A DNA stretch of 19,700 nt from a virus, in the UHGV virus genome UHGV-1796434, one strand, 5' to 3'. Positions 1 to 10,187 of this stretch are shown piece after piece (within the stretch, counting starts at the first letter, position 1; each line of letters starts with the position of its first letter). The position numbers and the translations under genes are program-made. The notes beneath the pieces are model-generated. The model did not search any database. It was not told the DNA's origin and was given only the letters and a program-made list of their open reading frames with translations.

Positions 1-304
1 CTTCTCCCAAACCAAGGTTTTCGAGAGCTGTTTTCACCGTGCCATCCGATTTGATATCGCCAAACGGATTCTTGCGGCTTAACAGCAGCGCACGAAGCGC
101 GGTAAGCAACTGGTCGTGCCGCGCCTTCTCCAGGCTGGCACCGGATGCCTCCACCACGCTGCAGAGTTCTTCCTGCAACATATCAAAGTAGTCATCATCC
201 AGATCGGTGGCAGGCGTGCCAGTCTGGGGGTTACCACGGGTAAAACCGTTCTTACCCGCGCCGAACTTATCCTTCTGCGCGGTTTTCGTGTCTATACGAT
301 GCAT
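1..304 (-). CDS. Tail fibre protein, N-terminal 101 codons; CDS continues beyond the left edge
   Basis: ATG at 302-304 (minus), 3 nt after the stop of the upstream gene, preceded by GGAG. Hand translation gives [47 protein letters not shown]..., which I recall as the conserved N-terminus of enterobacterial prophage tail fibres. Position directly after the gp48-like gene fits. Not in the ORF track because it is edge-truncated. Confidence 0.6.
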   Translation of the reverse strand, partial: MHRIDTKTAQKDKFGAGKNGFTRGNPQTGTPATDLDDDYFDMLQEELCSVVEASGASLEKARHDQLLTALRALLLSRKNPFGDIKSDGTVKTALENLGLGE

Positions 305-307
305 GGA

Positions 308-892
308 TTACTCCGGATATTTAAAAATTACGTAGGTATGCGACGGGCAGAGTTTGTTAAGCACACACTCGACAACGGTGTCACCCCAGATACGCAGTGC
401 GGAATCACAGGGATCGCCACATGTCATCCAGGTGGTGTTGGTGGTGGTTGGCATGTTGACCTGCCAGTAATACCGCCATTCCGGCGCATTCACCGCGTCA
501 GTACAGGCCGATGAGCAGGTGAACGTGCTTTTGTCGTATCGCGTGATGGTGGCATCTGGTCTGCCCAGGGCAGCAAGCTGTGCAAGATAAAAATCCTCGT
601 TGATGCCGCCCGCCAGGTTAACCTTCGCATCCAGCCGTTGCTGACGCTGGCGAAGGGTCTGCGTTCCCGCCGGAATACATTCATCCGGCAGACCGCACAG
701 ACGCTCCCAGCGGTTTATCAGTTCAGTGGTGGTGCGCGGATCCAGCTCCCGCATCAGGGCATCCGCACGCTGATGAACACGGGTTAATGACGGTGCCGCA
801 CCGGCAATCGCCGGATCGCTGGCTGACCACGCCGGACCGGGCGGCAACAGTGCCGATAACAGGCGGATGTAATCATCGTTTGTCACGTCCAT
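308..892 (-). CDS. Mu gp48-like tail/baseplate protein (DUF2313, YmfQ-like)
   Basis: 194 aa track ORF. Sequence and position (last baseplate gene before the fibre) resemble the DUF2313 proteins of Mu-like tails; family call from memory. Confidence 0.6.
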   Translation of the reverse strand: MDVTNDDYIRLLSALLPPGPAWSASDPAIAGAAPSLTRVHQRADALMRELDPRTTTELINRWERLCGLPDECIPAGTQTLRQRQQRLDAKVNLAGGINEDFYLAQLAALGRPDATITRYDKSTFTCSSACTDAVNAPEWRYYWQVNMPTTTNTTWMTCGDPCDSALRIWGDTVVECVLNKLCPSHTYVIFKYPE

Positions 893-1941
893 GAAATCGT
901 CCCCAGTACCGCCAGTTCGTTTTTCGCAATGGAGATATTGTCCACCGGTGCAAGCAACTGATGGCTGTATTCCCCGTTCGCACCGGAAATCGCCTCACTG
1001 ATACGCGATACCTTCAGTTCTCCCTGCGGATAACCATCACGCAGCAGGAACGAACGCAACTCCGCGGTAATGGCTGCCCGTATTTCCGGTGTGTCCGGCG
1101 TCACGCGGATATGAAAATCCACCGTATGTGCCACCGGCCTGAATACATACAAATCAGAGCCTGCCACCGGGGCCAGTGGCCAGATATGTTGTCTTGCTGC
1201 CGTTTCCGTTGATTCTTCCGGAATGGGATTAATCAGGTCACTGCTGGCAATCATCACACCGACAGTTCCCGTTCCCATCCAGTGACGGTATGTCCATGCG
1301 CGGGTAATGCCGGGCACTTCTTTAGCCCAGACGACATAGTCCCCGTCAGCCCCGCCCTGAGGCGTCCAGTAATACCGCTCAATGACGCGGGCGCGCCACG
1401 TTTCCAGCTCTTCAGTATCAAATCCACCTGTCAGGGTATCTGCCACGCCGGAAGACGGCAGACCATTAACCGGCGTGACCAGGATTAATGACGTACCGTC
1501 GTCAGCGTTACCGACCGCGCCTGCACTTGAGCAGGCGATCGGCACGCGCAGGACACCACCGGAGCTGGTTGCATCGGCAGTTGCCGTGTACTGAACCAGG
1601 TCATCGCGCTGAATAACACTCCCGGCGGTCACCTTCAGGCCATCGCTGACACCTTCCCAGCGCATATACCCGCTGGCAGCCGTGGCCCCCTTGCGCGGAC
1701 ACCGTTTCATCGCAGCATGTCGCGCCAGCCAGGACTCATCGCACAGGTCAGGCAGCATGTTCATTGCCAGATAATCGATGTACCCGTAAACCGTATGCAG
1801 CGCCGCCGCATACACCTTTGCCCGCACGTCTTCATCCATGCGCCGGAGCGTGTCGCTGACGTCCAGCCTGGCGAATAAATCGTTACGGAGCATACTGATA
1901 TTTTCTGCCAGCGTCGGGCGCTGAAATTCACTGTCCGCCAT
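883..1941 (-). CDS. Baseplate J-like protein (Mu gp47-like)
   Basis: 352 aa track ORF, overlapping its neighbours by a few nt; size and position match the baseplate J family in Mu/P2-type tails. Confidence 0.7.
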   Translation of the reverse strand: MADSEFQRPTLAENISMLRNDLFARLDVSDTLRRMDEDVRAKVYAAALHTVYGYIDYLAMNMLPDLCDESWLARHAAMKRCPRKGATAASGYMRWEGVSDGLKVTAGSVIQRDDLVQYTATADATSSGGVLRVPIACSSAGAVGNADDGTSLILVTPVNGLPSSGVADTLTGGFDTEELETWRARVIERYYWTPQGGADGDYVVWAKEVPGITRAWTYRHWMGTGTVGVMIASSDLINPIPEESTETAARQHIWPLAPVAGSDLYVFRPVAHTVDFHIRVTPDTPEIRAAITAELRSFLLRDGYPQGELKVSRISEAISGANGEYSHQLLAPVDNISIAKNELAVLGTISWT

Positions 1942-2356
1942 GCGTTATCGCACTCCACAGATCATCAAAAGAAATCATTACCGGTCCGTCACGACGCCAG
2001 AGAGTGATACTGTTACCCAGTTCATTAATCCCGGTGCGGTGGATATCCAGATCAATACGGGACACCACGCCGTCATCAATCATCCATTGCAGGCATTCGC
2101 GGATATACCCCCTTACCGTCAGCACCAGCTGATTGGTCAGTTTGCTGCGCTGAAGCAGCCACAGTCGGGAGCCGTAACGGTCATTCTGTACCGCAGGCCA
2201 GGTATCCCCCCACCATCCCATCGGGACGTCGGCGTTGTCATCAGGCTCCGCCCGCCGCCAGGTAAACAGGGAAATCACCACGGCGCGGGTCAGCGGATCC
2301 AGCGGTGCGCTGGCGCAGGTGCGTTTACCGTTCACCGTCAGCCACAGTTCCATCAT
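1928..2356 (-). CDS. Mu gp46-like small baseplate protein
   Basis: 142 aa track ORF between the spike and J-like genes; translationally coupled to both neighbours. Confidence 0.6.
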   Translation of the reverse strand: MMELWLTVNGKRTCASAPLDPLTRAVVISLFTWRRAEPDDNADVPMGWWGDTWPAVQNDRYGSRLWLLQRSKLTNQLVLTVRGYIRECLQWMIDDGVVSRIDLDIHRTGINELGNSITLWRRDGPVMISFDDLWSAITHGGQ

Positions 2357-2901
2357 GCCTCCATCGATTTATCAGGTTTGTCGGTGTTACTGCCCTGACC
2401 GTTCTCTCTGTGACGATGCCCGTTATAGGCAAGCCGCATCGCTGACATGGTGGTGCCGCTGGAGTCGCACAGGTCTTTCACCTGTCCTGTCACTTCCAGG
2501 TCCATTTCAAAACGTGCTTTAGGTGAATTGCGAAACGTGATCGTTTTACCTGCACCGTCCACCACGATCCCCTCCCGGGTCAGCGTCACGGACTGCCCCT
2601 GATCGTCATAGACAGCCACCTCACCCGTCTGCAGCCCTTTCAGGCGGTAGCGCCGGTCCGACACCGTAACAACCACCGCATGAGAACGGTCACCATCCGG
2701 AAACAACACCACCGCTTCCGCACCGCTGTTTGCCCTTGCGGTAAAACCGTAGGGTTCAAGATGTTCAACCCCGGCTTTGGGTTCACCGGCAATCAGGGAC
2801 ACATCCACGGTCTGACATTTCGTGGCGGCACTGATACTTTTCACCACCGCCCGCCCAATCAGGCCGAGGAGTTGTCGCTGCATGGCTTCAATCGCCTTCA
2901 T
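2353..2901 (-). CDS. Baseplate assembly/spike protein V (Mu gp45-like)
   Basis: 182 aa track ORF; size and position match gpV-type baseplate spikes. Confidence 0.65.
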   Translation of the reverse strand: MKAIEAMQRQLLGLIGRAVVKSISAATKCQTVDVSLIAGEPKAGVEHLEPYGFTARANSGAEAVVLFPDGDRSHAVVVTVSDRRYRLKGLQTGEVAVYDDQGQSVTLTREGIVVDGAGKTITFRNSPKARFEMDLEVTGQVKDLCDSSGTTMSAMRLAYNGHRHRENGQGSNTDKPDKSMEA

Positions 2902-3980
2902 CAGAACGGGTCCTCCTGTACTCTGGCTTTTTTCTTTTTCCGCGCGCCGGGGGCTTCGGGTTCAGGCAGATAAGCATCAGGTGGGCCGACACGGATTTCC
3001 GTCAGGGTGCCATTCTGGTCCTGAGTAAACGTGACTTCCGAGACAAGCAGTTCGGTATTGTCGAAACCACAGACCGGATCGAAGACAATCACCCGCTGGT
3101 TGGGCTGCCACAGCGTACCGTTACCCTGTCGCCAGCCCTGCACCACATAGGTGGTTTCATCCGTCCGCGCCGCCCGTTGTCGGGCTTCAAAGTCAGCACG
3201 CGCAATACAGCCTGCCCCCGTAGCCTGCCCTGTCTGCCTGATATACATCGGACGGTAACGGGCAATAAATGCGTCCTCTGTGCGGGCCCGCAGCGCAGTT
3301 GTGGTGGCCTCACCGAAATCATCGTCGTTTCCGGCACGCTGCCCCGCCACCTGGTAAACAGAAAACCGCTCCCGGATACTCTTCTCCGTATCACAGGAAA
3401 GGATGTTTTCCCCGAGTACCAGCGCGGTATGTGCCCGCGTTGAGCCAATACCGCCAATCACCAGCCTGCCGTGCGGGTCGTCATAAGCCAGCGCCTGCTG
3501 CTGACCGAGTATTTTGTTAATCACCTCGATCACCGTTTCACCGTGATCAGGCTGGACATCAGGAATAACACCCGACGGCGCACCGCTGTTCACCACCTCA
3601 ATGCCGAAGGGCGCAGCAAGCGCCTGCGCAATCTGTACCAGTGATCGTCCGTTAAACTGTGTCGGTTCAGCTGCACAATCAATCAGGTCAGCGGTCAGAC
3701 TGCGTCCGGCAATACCGGTGCTGACCGAACGGGCATCGTAACGAACGGGCGTCGCCTCCACCCAGCCGGTGATCACCAGCTCATCACCAATCAGCACCTC
3801 CACTTTTGAACCGTTTTTAATGCGCGGCTGAAGCGTGGTGATACCCTCATCACCCGGCCACTGGCGGGTGATCTCCACACTGAAATCCCGCGCCAGTCGT
3901 TCAACACCGGCACCGATGCGCACCGATGTCCAGCCATTCCACTCCCGGCCATTTACCCGTAGCGTGACATTGTCGTTCAT
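2901..3980 (-). CDS. Mu gpP (gp44)-like baseplate hub/tail protein
   Basis: 359 aa track ORF directly after the DNA-circulation gene, overlapping stop/start junctions. Confidence 0.6.
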   Translation of the reverse strand: MNDNVTLRVNGREWNGWTSVRIGAGVERLARDFSVEITRQWPGDEGITTLQPRIKNGSKVEVLIGDELVITGWVEATPVRYDARSVSTGIAGRSLTADLIDCAAEPTQFNGRSLVQIAQALAAPFGIEVVNSGAPSGVIPDVQPDHGETVIEVINKILGQQQALAYDDPHGRLVIGGIGSTRAHTALVLGENILSCDTEKSIRERFSVYQVAGQRAGNDDDFGEATTTALRARTEDAFIARYRPMYIRQTGQATGAGCIARADFEARQRAARTDETTYVVQGWRQGNGTLWQPNQRVIVFDPVCGFDNTELLVSEVTFTQDQNGTLTEIRVGPPDAYLPEPEAPGARKKKKARVQEDPF

Positions 3981-5347
3981 TGCACTGGCACCTTCAGAGG
4001 GATCACCGGCACAAAGCCGGGATGCGTAATGGCATTACGCCGGATAATGTCCGCATCACGCGCCGCGTTATCAAACCAGGTCGCCGCCAGCACCAGCGCG
4101 GGTAAAACCTCATCCGGTGTGCGCTGAATGATCCGTGCAGACTGTTCAAGGCGCGTGTTGATATCCGCATTCAGATCTGCTTTCACCCGGCGCAGTGCCA
4201 GAAACAGCGCATCACTGGTTGTACGGGACAACTCCTTATCAATTGCCGTATTCAGTGTGTCGCGAATGTCAGTCAGTTCTTCCCACGTTGGCAGGTCAAC
4301 CGTGTTTTTCACCGCCGGTGCATTGTTCAGTGCCGGATGCGTGACGGAAGGCCAGCCAGTGCTCTGCGCAGGTGTTGTTGACTGCCCCACTGCGGCATTC
4401 TGCATCACCGCGGAAGTTGTTGGCGCAGGCAATCGGGTGACGGCATACGCCGCTTCGCTGATTGCGGTCGTACGAAGGGTGCTGGCAACCTCGTTACGCT
4501 GATGCGTCGCCGTGGCGGTGGTTTTACTGTCCGTTTTCCAGACGCCGCGCGGTTGCAGATCGCTGCCGAGGCTGACACCGGAAAGCGTTTTGATCATGGT
4601 GACCAGGTCGCTGGCGTTACCATAAAGGCGTTTCCCGGTACGCCACATTTTCTGCATCTGCTCAACGAAATTTTTGCCTGACGATGGTGGCGGCAGAAGT
4701 ACCGAGATATCCCCCTGCAACAGCCTGGCAGCATCCGATACGGCAGAATCCACCACTTTCATCGCATCAGAAACATACCCAAGCATTGTGCTGGCATTAC
4801 CGACGACGTCGTTCTGCACAAAATCCGCCACGCCATCGATACTGAAACCGCTGAAGCTGTCACTGATGCAGTCATCCAGTGCAGAACAGGATGACATCAG
4901 CGTCTGCGCCGTCGCCGCACCTGATGTGGGGTAAGAGAGTTCTCCCGCTTCGACAAACTTCAGGTCAAAGCGGACAATACGCCCTTCACTCTTCGATGTG
5001 CTGACCCGAACCTCTCCGTCAACACAGACTTTCAGCTCACCGTAAGTCGGATGGACAAGCGTGCCGGGACCGGGTTTATTCAGCGCGTCAATCAGACGAT
5101 CGCGCTGGTCAAAGCAGTCATCTCCCACCACATAAGCTGTGATGGACGGGCGGAAAGTGATTTTCCCCAGGTCTTCGGTATAGGGTTTGTCGCGGTTCGG
5201 GTATTCGTGCGTTTCCACACGACGACCGGTTCCCGCACTTTCTTCTTCAACCTTAAACGGCACACCGCGAAATGACGCGTCCTGAAGTCTGTCTTTCCAC
5301 GTCATATAAACTCCGTACATAAAAAATCCCACCGGAGTGGGACTCAT
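3977..5347 (-). CDS. Tail/DNA circulation protein (Mu gpN/gp43-like)
   Basis: 456 aa track ORF immediately downstream of the tape measure gene, the conserved Mu-like order. Confidence 0.6.
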   Translation of the reverse strand: MSPTPVGFFMYGVYMTWKDRLQDASFRGVPFKVEEESAGTGRRVETHEYPNRDKPYTEDLGKITFRPSITAYVVGDDCFDQRDRLIDALNKPGPGTLVHPTYGELKVCVDGEVRVSTSKSEGRIVRFDLKFVEAGELSYPTSGAATAQTLMSSCSALDDCISDSFSGFSIDGVADFVQNDVVGNASTMLGYVSDAMKVVDSAVSDAARLLQGDISVLLPPPSSGKNFVEQMQKMWRTGKRLYGNASDLVTMIKTLSGVSLGSDLQPRGVWKTDSKTTATATHQRNEVASTLRTTAISEAAYAVTRLPAPTTSAVMQNAAVGQSTTPAQSTGWPSVTHPALNNAPAVKNTVDLPTWEELTDIRDTLNTAIDKELSRTTSDALFLALRRVKADLNADINTRLEQSARIIQRTPDEVLPALVLAATWFDNAARDADIIRRNAITHPGFVPVIPLKVPVQ

Positions 5348-5365
5348 TAACAGATTAATTTTTCA

Positions 5366-7201
5366 TTACCTGCCAAAGCGCGTATAGCCAACATCATGGC
5401 TAACATCAAAACCGCTGGATCGCGTTTCCATAACCCGCATACCCGGAGGCGAATTCACAAAAGAGACCTTGATCTCACCATCAACTTTTGGCGCAGAAGC
5501 TTTGTTAATCATGAAGGGATTCGGGCCTGTGGCATCGGAGGCGTTGTTTGACTGAGCCGGATCTACCGCCTGATAAGGTGTGTATCCCCGCGCCGGTATT
5601 CCCGTCCCATAAGCATCATAAGCACCCGCGTCCCACTGCGCAGAGTTAATGGCATCGACCGTGTCACCGGAACTGTCGGTAAACCACTCAATAATTGGCT
5701 TCAGCTTGTCCCACATATCCTGAAACCACTTAACAACCGGTCCCCAGTTATTGATCACCATCCCCAGCGGCGACCAGGCAAAAACCTTCTTCAGAAGTTC
5801 CCAACCTGCCTCAAAATAAGGACCAATGGTTTCCCAGAGCTTCTTGAAATAAGGTCCGACAACATCCCAGTTAGTGATAATTAATCCCGCAGCCAGGGCT
5901 ATCGCCGTCGCAATCATTCCAATCGGCGTCATCGACATGATCCTGCTGACAATACTGATGGCACCGCCAACGCCCATCAATCCCAGTTTCAGAATCGCAA
6001 GACCGGCAGCAAGCCCGACGACGCCGCGAATAACCCGGGGATTTTCATCCGCAAACTTCGTGAATTTTTCCCCCAACTCCCCCAGCCATTGCGTGATATT
6101 TTTAGCGTCACCAGAAAATGCGCCGCCAATAGCTGCAAAACCGTTAGTTGCGGTCCCCGTCATTGCCTCCCACAGGTTGGACAGCGTACCAAGCTGTGCC
6201 TGAACACGTTTATTCAGGCTGGCCTGTTTATTCATCTTCTGCTGGATCTGATCGTAACCATCCTTTCCTTTATCGATCAGAGCATTGACCACCTGAAGGG
6301 TTTCGGCATCATCACCAAATATTGCCTTAAGTACACCTGTTCGCTTAACGTCGGTCAGTTTTCGCAGCTTTGCCAGTTGCTTAAACATGTTATCAAGACC
6401 GCCAAAACTCCCTTTGCCGTCAGTAAAATCGAGCTGCACTCCGAGTTTCTGGCGGGCCATGACTTTATTGACGTCCCTGATTTTCTTAACGCTTAATCCG
6501 GACTGGATAACTTTTCGCAGGGCATTACCTGCCGACTCCCCGTTCATCCCCATCTGATCCATCATGACGCTGATAGGGGCAAGGCTCTGTGCAGCCTGAA
6601 GACCGTCCTTATTCACCATCTTCAGAACAGAACTGGTTTTAGTGAAGAATGACAGCATGTTGGTATCGTCCACGCCCAGATAAAACGCCTTCTGAATTGT
6701 GTCGAACAGCCCCATCATGTCTTCTGAGGCCGTTCCGGTAGCATCCTGCATCTTTGCGGCAAACTCAGCAGCCGCTTCCGGTGTTTTTTTCAGTTGTACC
6801 GCAAGATAAGCTGTCGCTTTACCCACACCACCAAGAATGTTTTCTGCCGGGATCCCCTGACGCACCAGCATCTGCATCATGTTCTGGAAATCAGCCGTTG
6901 TACCGGGTAGCTGGTTACCCAGGCCAATAGCCAGTTTATTGATGTCCTGAAAGCGCTTTCCAACCTCGCCGTTCGCATCCATCATGGCGACTTTCAGCCC
7001 GGTAGCGGCGTTTTCCTGATCGGCATAAGATTTCAGGGAAAGCGTCAGCCCCGCTGCCAGTCCGCCACCAAGCGCCAGCCCACCCTGTGACGCTTCTTCC
7101 GCCTGGCGTTTAAATCCCCGGATTTTCTTTTGCATTTTCGACAGCGCGGGAGAAAGCCTGTCGACACCGGTGATCAACGCCTTAAGCTCAAATTCAGCCA
7201 T
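5366..7201 (-). CDS. Tail tape measure protein
   Basis: 611 aa track ORF; ATG at 7199-7201 with AGGAG upstream. Ala/Gly/Leu-rich helical N-half, hydrophobic glycine-zipper-like segment and position after the chaperone pair are typical of tape measure proteins. Confidence 0.75.
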   Translation of the reverse strand: MAEFELKALITGVDRLSPALSKMQKKIRGFKRQAEEASQGGLALGGGLAAGLTLSLKSYADQENAATGLKVAMMDANGEVGKRFQDINKLAIGLGNQLPGTTADFQNMMQMLVRQGIPAENILGGVGKATAYLAVQLKKTPEAAAEFAAKMQDATGTASEDMMGLFDTIQKAFYLGVDDTNMLSFFTKTSSVLKMVNKDGLQAAQSLAPISVMMDQMGMNGESAGNALRKVIQSGLSVKKIRDVNKVMARQKLGVQLDFTDGKGSFGGLDNMFKQLAKLRKLTDVKRTGVLKAIFGDDAETLQVVNALIDKGKDGYDQIQQKMNKQASLNKRVQAQLGTLSNLWEAMTGTATNGFAAIGGAFSGDAKNITQWLGELGEKFTKFADENPRVIRGVVGLAAGLAILKLGLMGVGGAISIVSRIMSMTPIGMIATAIALAAGLIITNWDVVGPYFKKLWETIGPYFEAGWELLKKVFAWSPLGMVINNWGPVVKWFQDMWDKLKPIIEWFTDSSGDTVDAINSAQWDAGAYDAYGTGIPARGYTPYQAVDPAQSNNASDATGPNPFMINKASAPKVDGEIKVSFVNSPPGMRVMETRSSGFDVSHDVGYTRFGR

Positions 7202-7376
7202 GTGTGCGTTTCTCCTGCTCTATCCTGTTTGCCTGACTGACCAGCAAGGGAATTTCACTGATCGGCATATTCAGCAATTCGAAGGGATTAATGCGCCAGT
7301 AGCTGGCGCAGTCAAAGAAGCGATCAGTGAGGTATTCAGCCGTCAGGCCTGGAGGAAAAAACCAGCCACAAGCCAC
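7194..7376 (-). CDS. Tail assembly chaperone, -1 frame extension (expressed by frameshift from 7343..7612)
   Basis: 60 aa track ORF in the -1 frame relative to the upstream chaperone ORF, overlapping its 3' end. The track start is a GTG; the likely real entry is the slippery site at about 7355-7361. Confidence 0.45.
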   Translation of the reverse strand: MACGWFFPPGLTAEYLTDRFFDCASYWRINPFELLNMPISEIPLLVSQANRIEQEKRTHG

Positions 7377-7612
7377 GCCGCTGCATTCAGGTCTGCCGGA
7401 GACATCTGGTCGACAGAGCTTTGCGGCACTTTCGCCAGCCGCACAATGTATTTCGACACCACATGCGCCAGAAGTCTGACGGACTCATCCTGATTCATCT
7501 GGTAGGGATACCCCAGCTCGCGGACATCCTTCCCGGTGGGTTCATCAAACTCCAGTACGGAGAGTGTCTCGCCATGAGCAATAATCGGTTTCTTTAACTC
7601 AAGCTCTTTCAT
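7343..7612 (-). CDS. Tail assembly chaperone (G-like)
   Basis: 89 aa track ORF between the tail tube and tape measure genes; ends ...AAWLVAGFFLQA with a T TTT TTC slippery heptamer near its stop. Confidence 0.55.
   Translation of the reverse strand: MKELELKKPIIAHGETLSVLEFDEPTGKDVRELGYPYQMNQDESVRLLAHVVSKYIVRLAKVPQSSVDQMSPADLNAAAWLVAGFFLQA
7355..7361 (-). other. -1 programmed frameshift slippery heptamer (T TTT TTC) in the tail assembly chaperone
   Basis: Minus-strand codons GCT GGT TTT TTC CTC CAG GCC TGA; the run is the complement of plus-strand a6 at 7356-7361. A -1 slip reads on into the 7194..7376 ORF. Confidence 0.45.
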
Positions 7613-7968
7613 TACTGGTAATCCCCTTCTTCACCGTGGAACTCAAGATCAACCGTGCCTTCTTCGGCATTATGGTTCGCTTCGCCGTGCAGCCAGGCAG
7701 ACGACAATACATAGACCTGACCGTTCGCCAGCTCGGCAGTGATGGTCATCTCAACAGACGAGGTGATTTTGCTCACCGGAAAATTCTTCGGCACCTTGAA
7801 GGTTCCTTTGACATAAGGCGCGCGGTGAGTTTCCTTGCGGTCCACTGAACCATCCAGACCGATGATGTCATCGTTAACCGTTTTGTTCATGGGCACCTCA
7901 ATGCCGCCGGTCAGCGATAGCTGCTGACCGTCAATTTTGAAATAACAGGTTCCCCCGATACGGGCCAT
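7612..7968 (-). CDS. Tail tube protein (Mu gpM-like)
   Basis: 118 aa track ORF immediately downstream of the sheath gene with overlapping stop/start. Confidence 0.65.
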   Translation of the reverse strand: MARIGGTCYFKIDGQQLSLTGGIEVPMNKTVNDDIIGLDGSVDRKETHRAPYVKGTFKVPKNFPVSKITSSVEMTITAELANGQVYVLSSAWLHGEANHNAEEGTVDLEFHGEEGDYQ

Positions 7969-9464
7969 TATGCAGACTCCTCTGAATACTGAAGACGGAA
8001 CTGGTTAACCACGGCAAAGACACGCAACTGGTTAACATAGTCAGGCGGGAACAGCGTGTTCAGGCGGTTCGGATCGCTGGCATCACGCTCCACAATCAGG
8101 TACTGCTTGAACAGTTCGTAGTTTTCCACGATCCCCGCACGCTCGAGCTGACGGTAGGTTGCCAGCAGTTCCCCTTTGATCACCGCCGGGGTGACAATCG
8201 CCTGACCGGGACCAAAGCGGGTACCGTCACTGGCAAGCTTGTGACGCCCGTACTTACTGGTAATGACGGATTTCAGTTTGCGCAGTACATACGCGCTGGT
8301 ATGCAGCGTCTCGCTGTCGAGGTAGCTGTTATCCGCAACACCGTAAGCGTTTTTCCTGTACGTGGTGACATCACGCTGAATGCGCAGCACCCCGCTTTCG
8401 ACATACGCCGTTGCCACGCCATGAGACAGCAGGGTCTGTTGTTCGGTCATCGTGAACCGTTTCCCCTTCGGCGCAGGCAGCATACCCACCAGCTCACCGG
8501 TCTGCGTGGGACGTGCCGGATCGTTGCGAATAAACACCGCTGCGCGGGCGGTACGGCTTGCCGCCAGCTCGTCGGCAGGCGTCTGGGTCTCTTTTTCGTA
8601 TCCCGCCAGGGTAATGTGCTGCTGGTTAAACTGGTCACCTGCGGTCACCAGTTCTGACAGCGTGCCGATCTTTGCCGTGTACACATGACCATACAGCTGA
8701 CGCGCATAGCTCCAGCGACCGCTGGTATCGTTCATCTCGGTCACCAGCGTGTTAACGGAGGCCGTGTCGTTGAACGGCAGGCCGATATAATCAAACGGCT
8801 CATCCGCCATTGCAGCCACCGCGCCGGTGAGAACAGGAGCGCCCGTTCCGGCGGTACCCGTCGCCACGGCAATCTGTACGCCCGCTGGCAGCACTTCGCC
8901 CCCACCAAAGCCGTAGTAATTGAGGCTGACAGGAATTTCATTCCCGCAAAGCCCCTTATGACGCGCGGTCAGTGTGACCACGCCTGCCGAAGATGAGGCA
9001 GTAAACGGCAGGGTCGGAACGGCATTGATGGCATCTTTGATACTGCTGGCAATCGTCGCGACGTTATCGCCGTTGGTCACCGGTGCCTGCACGCGGGTAC
9101 GTCCCACATAAACATTCACCGTGCCGGTTTCGGTTGCCGCGCCGGTCACCGTCAGCGTAACTGTTGCCGCCGCGCCCGTGGATTCAGGAACGGCAATCAC
9201 ATACAGTTCACCAAACGGGTCGGTCTGGCGATAAGCCTCGACCATACGCGCCAGCTGACTTCCCGCACCACAAATCTGGCGTGCATAGTCTGCCGATGGC
9301 ATCAGCACCAGACTGTTGGCAACAATCTCTGCACCGTTATTGGCATGACCAATCAGCAGCGATGCTCCGCTGTCCTGTGCAGTATTCGCCGCCGAGTTAT
9401 CCATTTCCGCATAAAAAATCGGAACCAGCGTATTCGACGGAATGGTGTTAAAGCTTATCGTCAT
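7968..9464 (-). CDS. Contractile tail sheath protein (Mu gpL-like)
   Basis: 498 aa track ORF; ATG verified at 9462-9464. Length, Gly/Thr/Ala-rich composition and position upstream of the tube gene. Confidence 0.8.
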   Translation of the reverse strand: MTISFNTIPSNTLVPIFYAEMDNSAANTAQDSGASLLIGHANNGAEIVANSLVLMPSADYARQICGAGSQLARMVEAYRQTDPFGELYVIAVPESTGAAATVTLTVTGAATETGTVNVYVGRTRVQAPVTNGDNVATIASSIKDAINAVPTLPFTASSSAGVVTLTARHKGLCGNEIPVSLNYYGFGGGEVLPAGVQIAVATGTAGTGAPVLTGAVAAMADEPFDYIGLPFNDTASVNTLVTEMNDTSGRWSYARQLYGHVYTAKIGTLSELVTAGDQFNQQHITLAGYEKETQTPADELAASRTARAAVFIRNDPARPTQTGELVGMLPAPKGKRFTMTEQQTLLSHGVATAYVESGVLRIQRDVTTYRKNAYGVADNSYLDSETLHTSAYVLRKLKSVITSKYGRHKLASDGTRFGPGQAIVTPAVIKGELLATYRQLERAGIVENYELFKQYLIVERDASDPNRLNTLFPPDYVNQLRVFAVVNQFRLQYSEESA

Positions 9465-9618
9465 CGGTATTCACCTTTTTATTCACGCGCCGGATATCAC
9501 CCGCTGCTTCACGGCGCAGCCAGTAGTTGTTCTCATCAACATTTCGCCCCTCGGCGGGCAAAAGGTCGCCGCGGGCAGGGTCAGGAACTGACCGCCCTTT
9601 AACAGGTTTCACAAACAT
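9448..9618 (-). CDS. Small protein (56 aa) immediately upstream of the sheath gene; possibly DUF2635-like
   Basis: Hand-translated, below the track size cutoff: ATG at 9616-9618, product MFVKPVKGRSVPDPARGDLLPAEGRNVDENNYWLRREAAGDIRRVNKKVNTDDDKL, stop TAA at 9448-9450, overlapping the sheath start by 17 nt. Family call is from memory. Confidence 0.35.
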   Translation of the reverse strand: MFVKPVKGRSVPDPARGDLLPAEGRNVDENNYWLRREAAGDIRRVNKKVNTDDDKL

Positions 9619-9626
9619 GAAGATTC

Positions 9627-10187
9627 TCAGGAAGGAAGGGTTATTTCGGTGTGATGTTCGATATCGCCGTCAGGCCCGTTACCGGGATCGAGATAATCAA
9701 CATCAATCGCCAGCGTTCGCAGTTCATCCAGACTGTTCAGGTCATCCTGCTGGCGGGTATCGTCTTCGGTCAGCTCGCTGATGACCGAAAAATCGAACTG
9801 ATAAATCAGCTCATGACGATTCAGATCCAGCAGCGTGCCGCCGTCATAGGTAATCGGGTTACCGCACGCTTCCGGGTTCCAGCCCAGCAGAGCCTTAAAG
9901 AGCATCTGCCGGACATCGTCCACCACATCATACGAGGCAAACTGACCGCGCTCATCACGCCCGTTACTCAGTATGACAACCACGGAGAAGCCCTCTTTCA
10001 GCTCCTGCCAGTAGTCGGTCTGGCTTTTGTTTTCTCCCGGAGAGTCATCACCCGGTACCACATACGCCGCCGGGAGTCTCAGCTTTCCGACCTCCGGCAG
10101 ATTTTTGAACTGTGCCGCGCCTGCCACCCGGTTTTCAAAATACGGGCAGCGGGCACGCAGTGCAGCAATAACAGGCGTCAGTTTCAT
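9627..10187 (-). CDS. Putative tail terminator/completion protein (Mu gp37-like)
   Basis: 186 aa track ORF between the neck genes and the sheath gene; call rests mainly on gene order. Confidence 0.4.
   Translation of the reverse strand: MKLTPVIAALRARCPYFENRVAGAAQFKNLPEVGKLRLPAAYVVPGDDSPGENKSQTDYWQELKEGFSVVVILSNGRDERGQFASYDVVDDVRQMLFKALLGWNPEACGNPITYDGGTLLDLNRHELIYQFDFSVISELTEDDTRQQDDLNSLDELRTLAIDVDYLDPGNGPDGDIEHHTEITLPS

Noticed and set aside
308-7848. Short minus-strand track ORFs nested inside larger minus-strand genes (490..684, 3089..3457, 1761..1958, 8447..8638, 8741..8941, 10207..10398, 10781..10966, 12049..12309, 16178..16384, 16689..16907)
   Set aside because: Out-of-frame overlaps within well-supported structural genes; no independent start signals and no positional logic.
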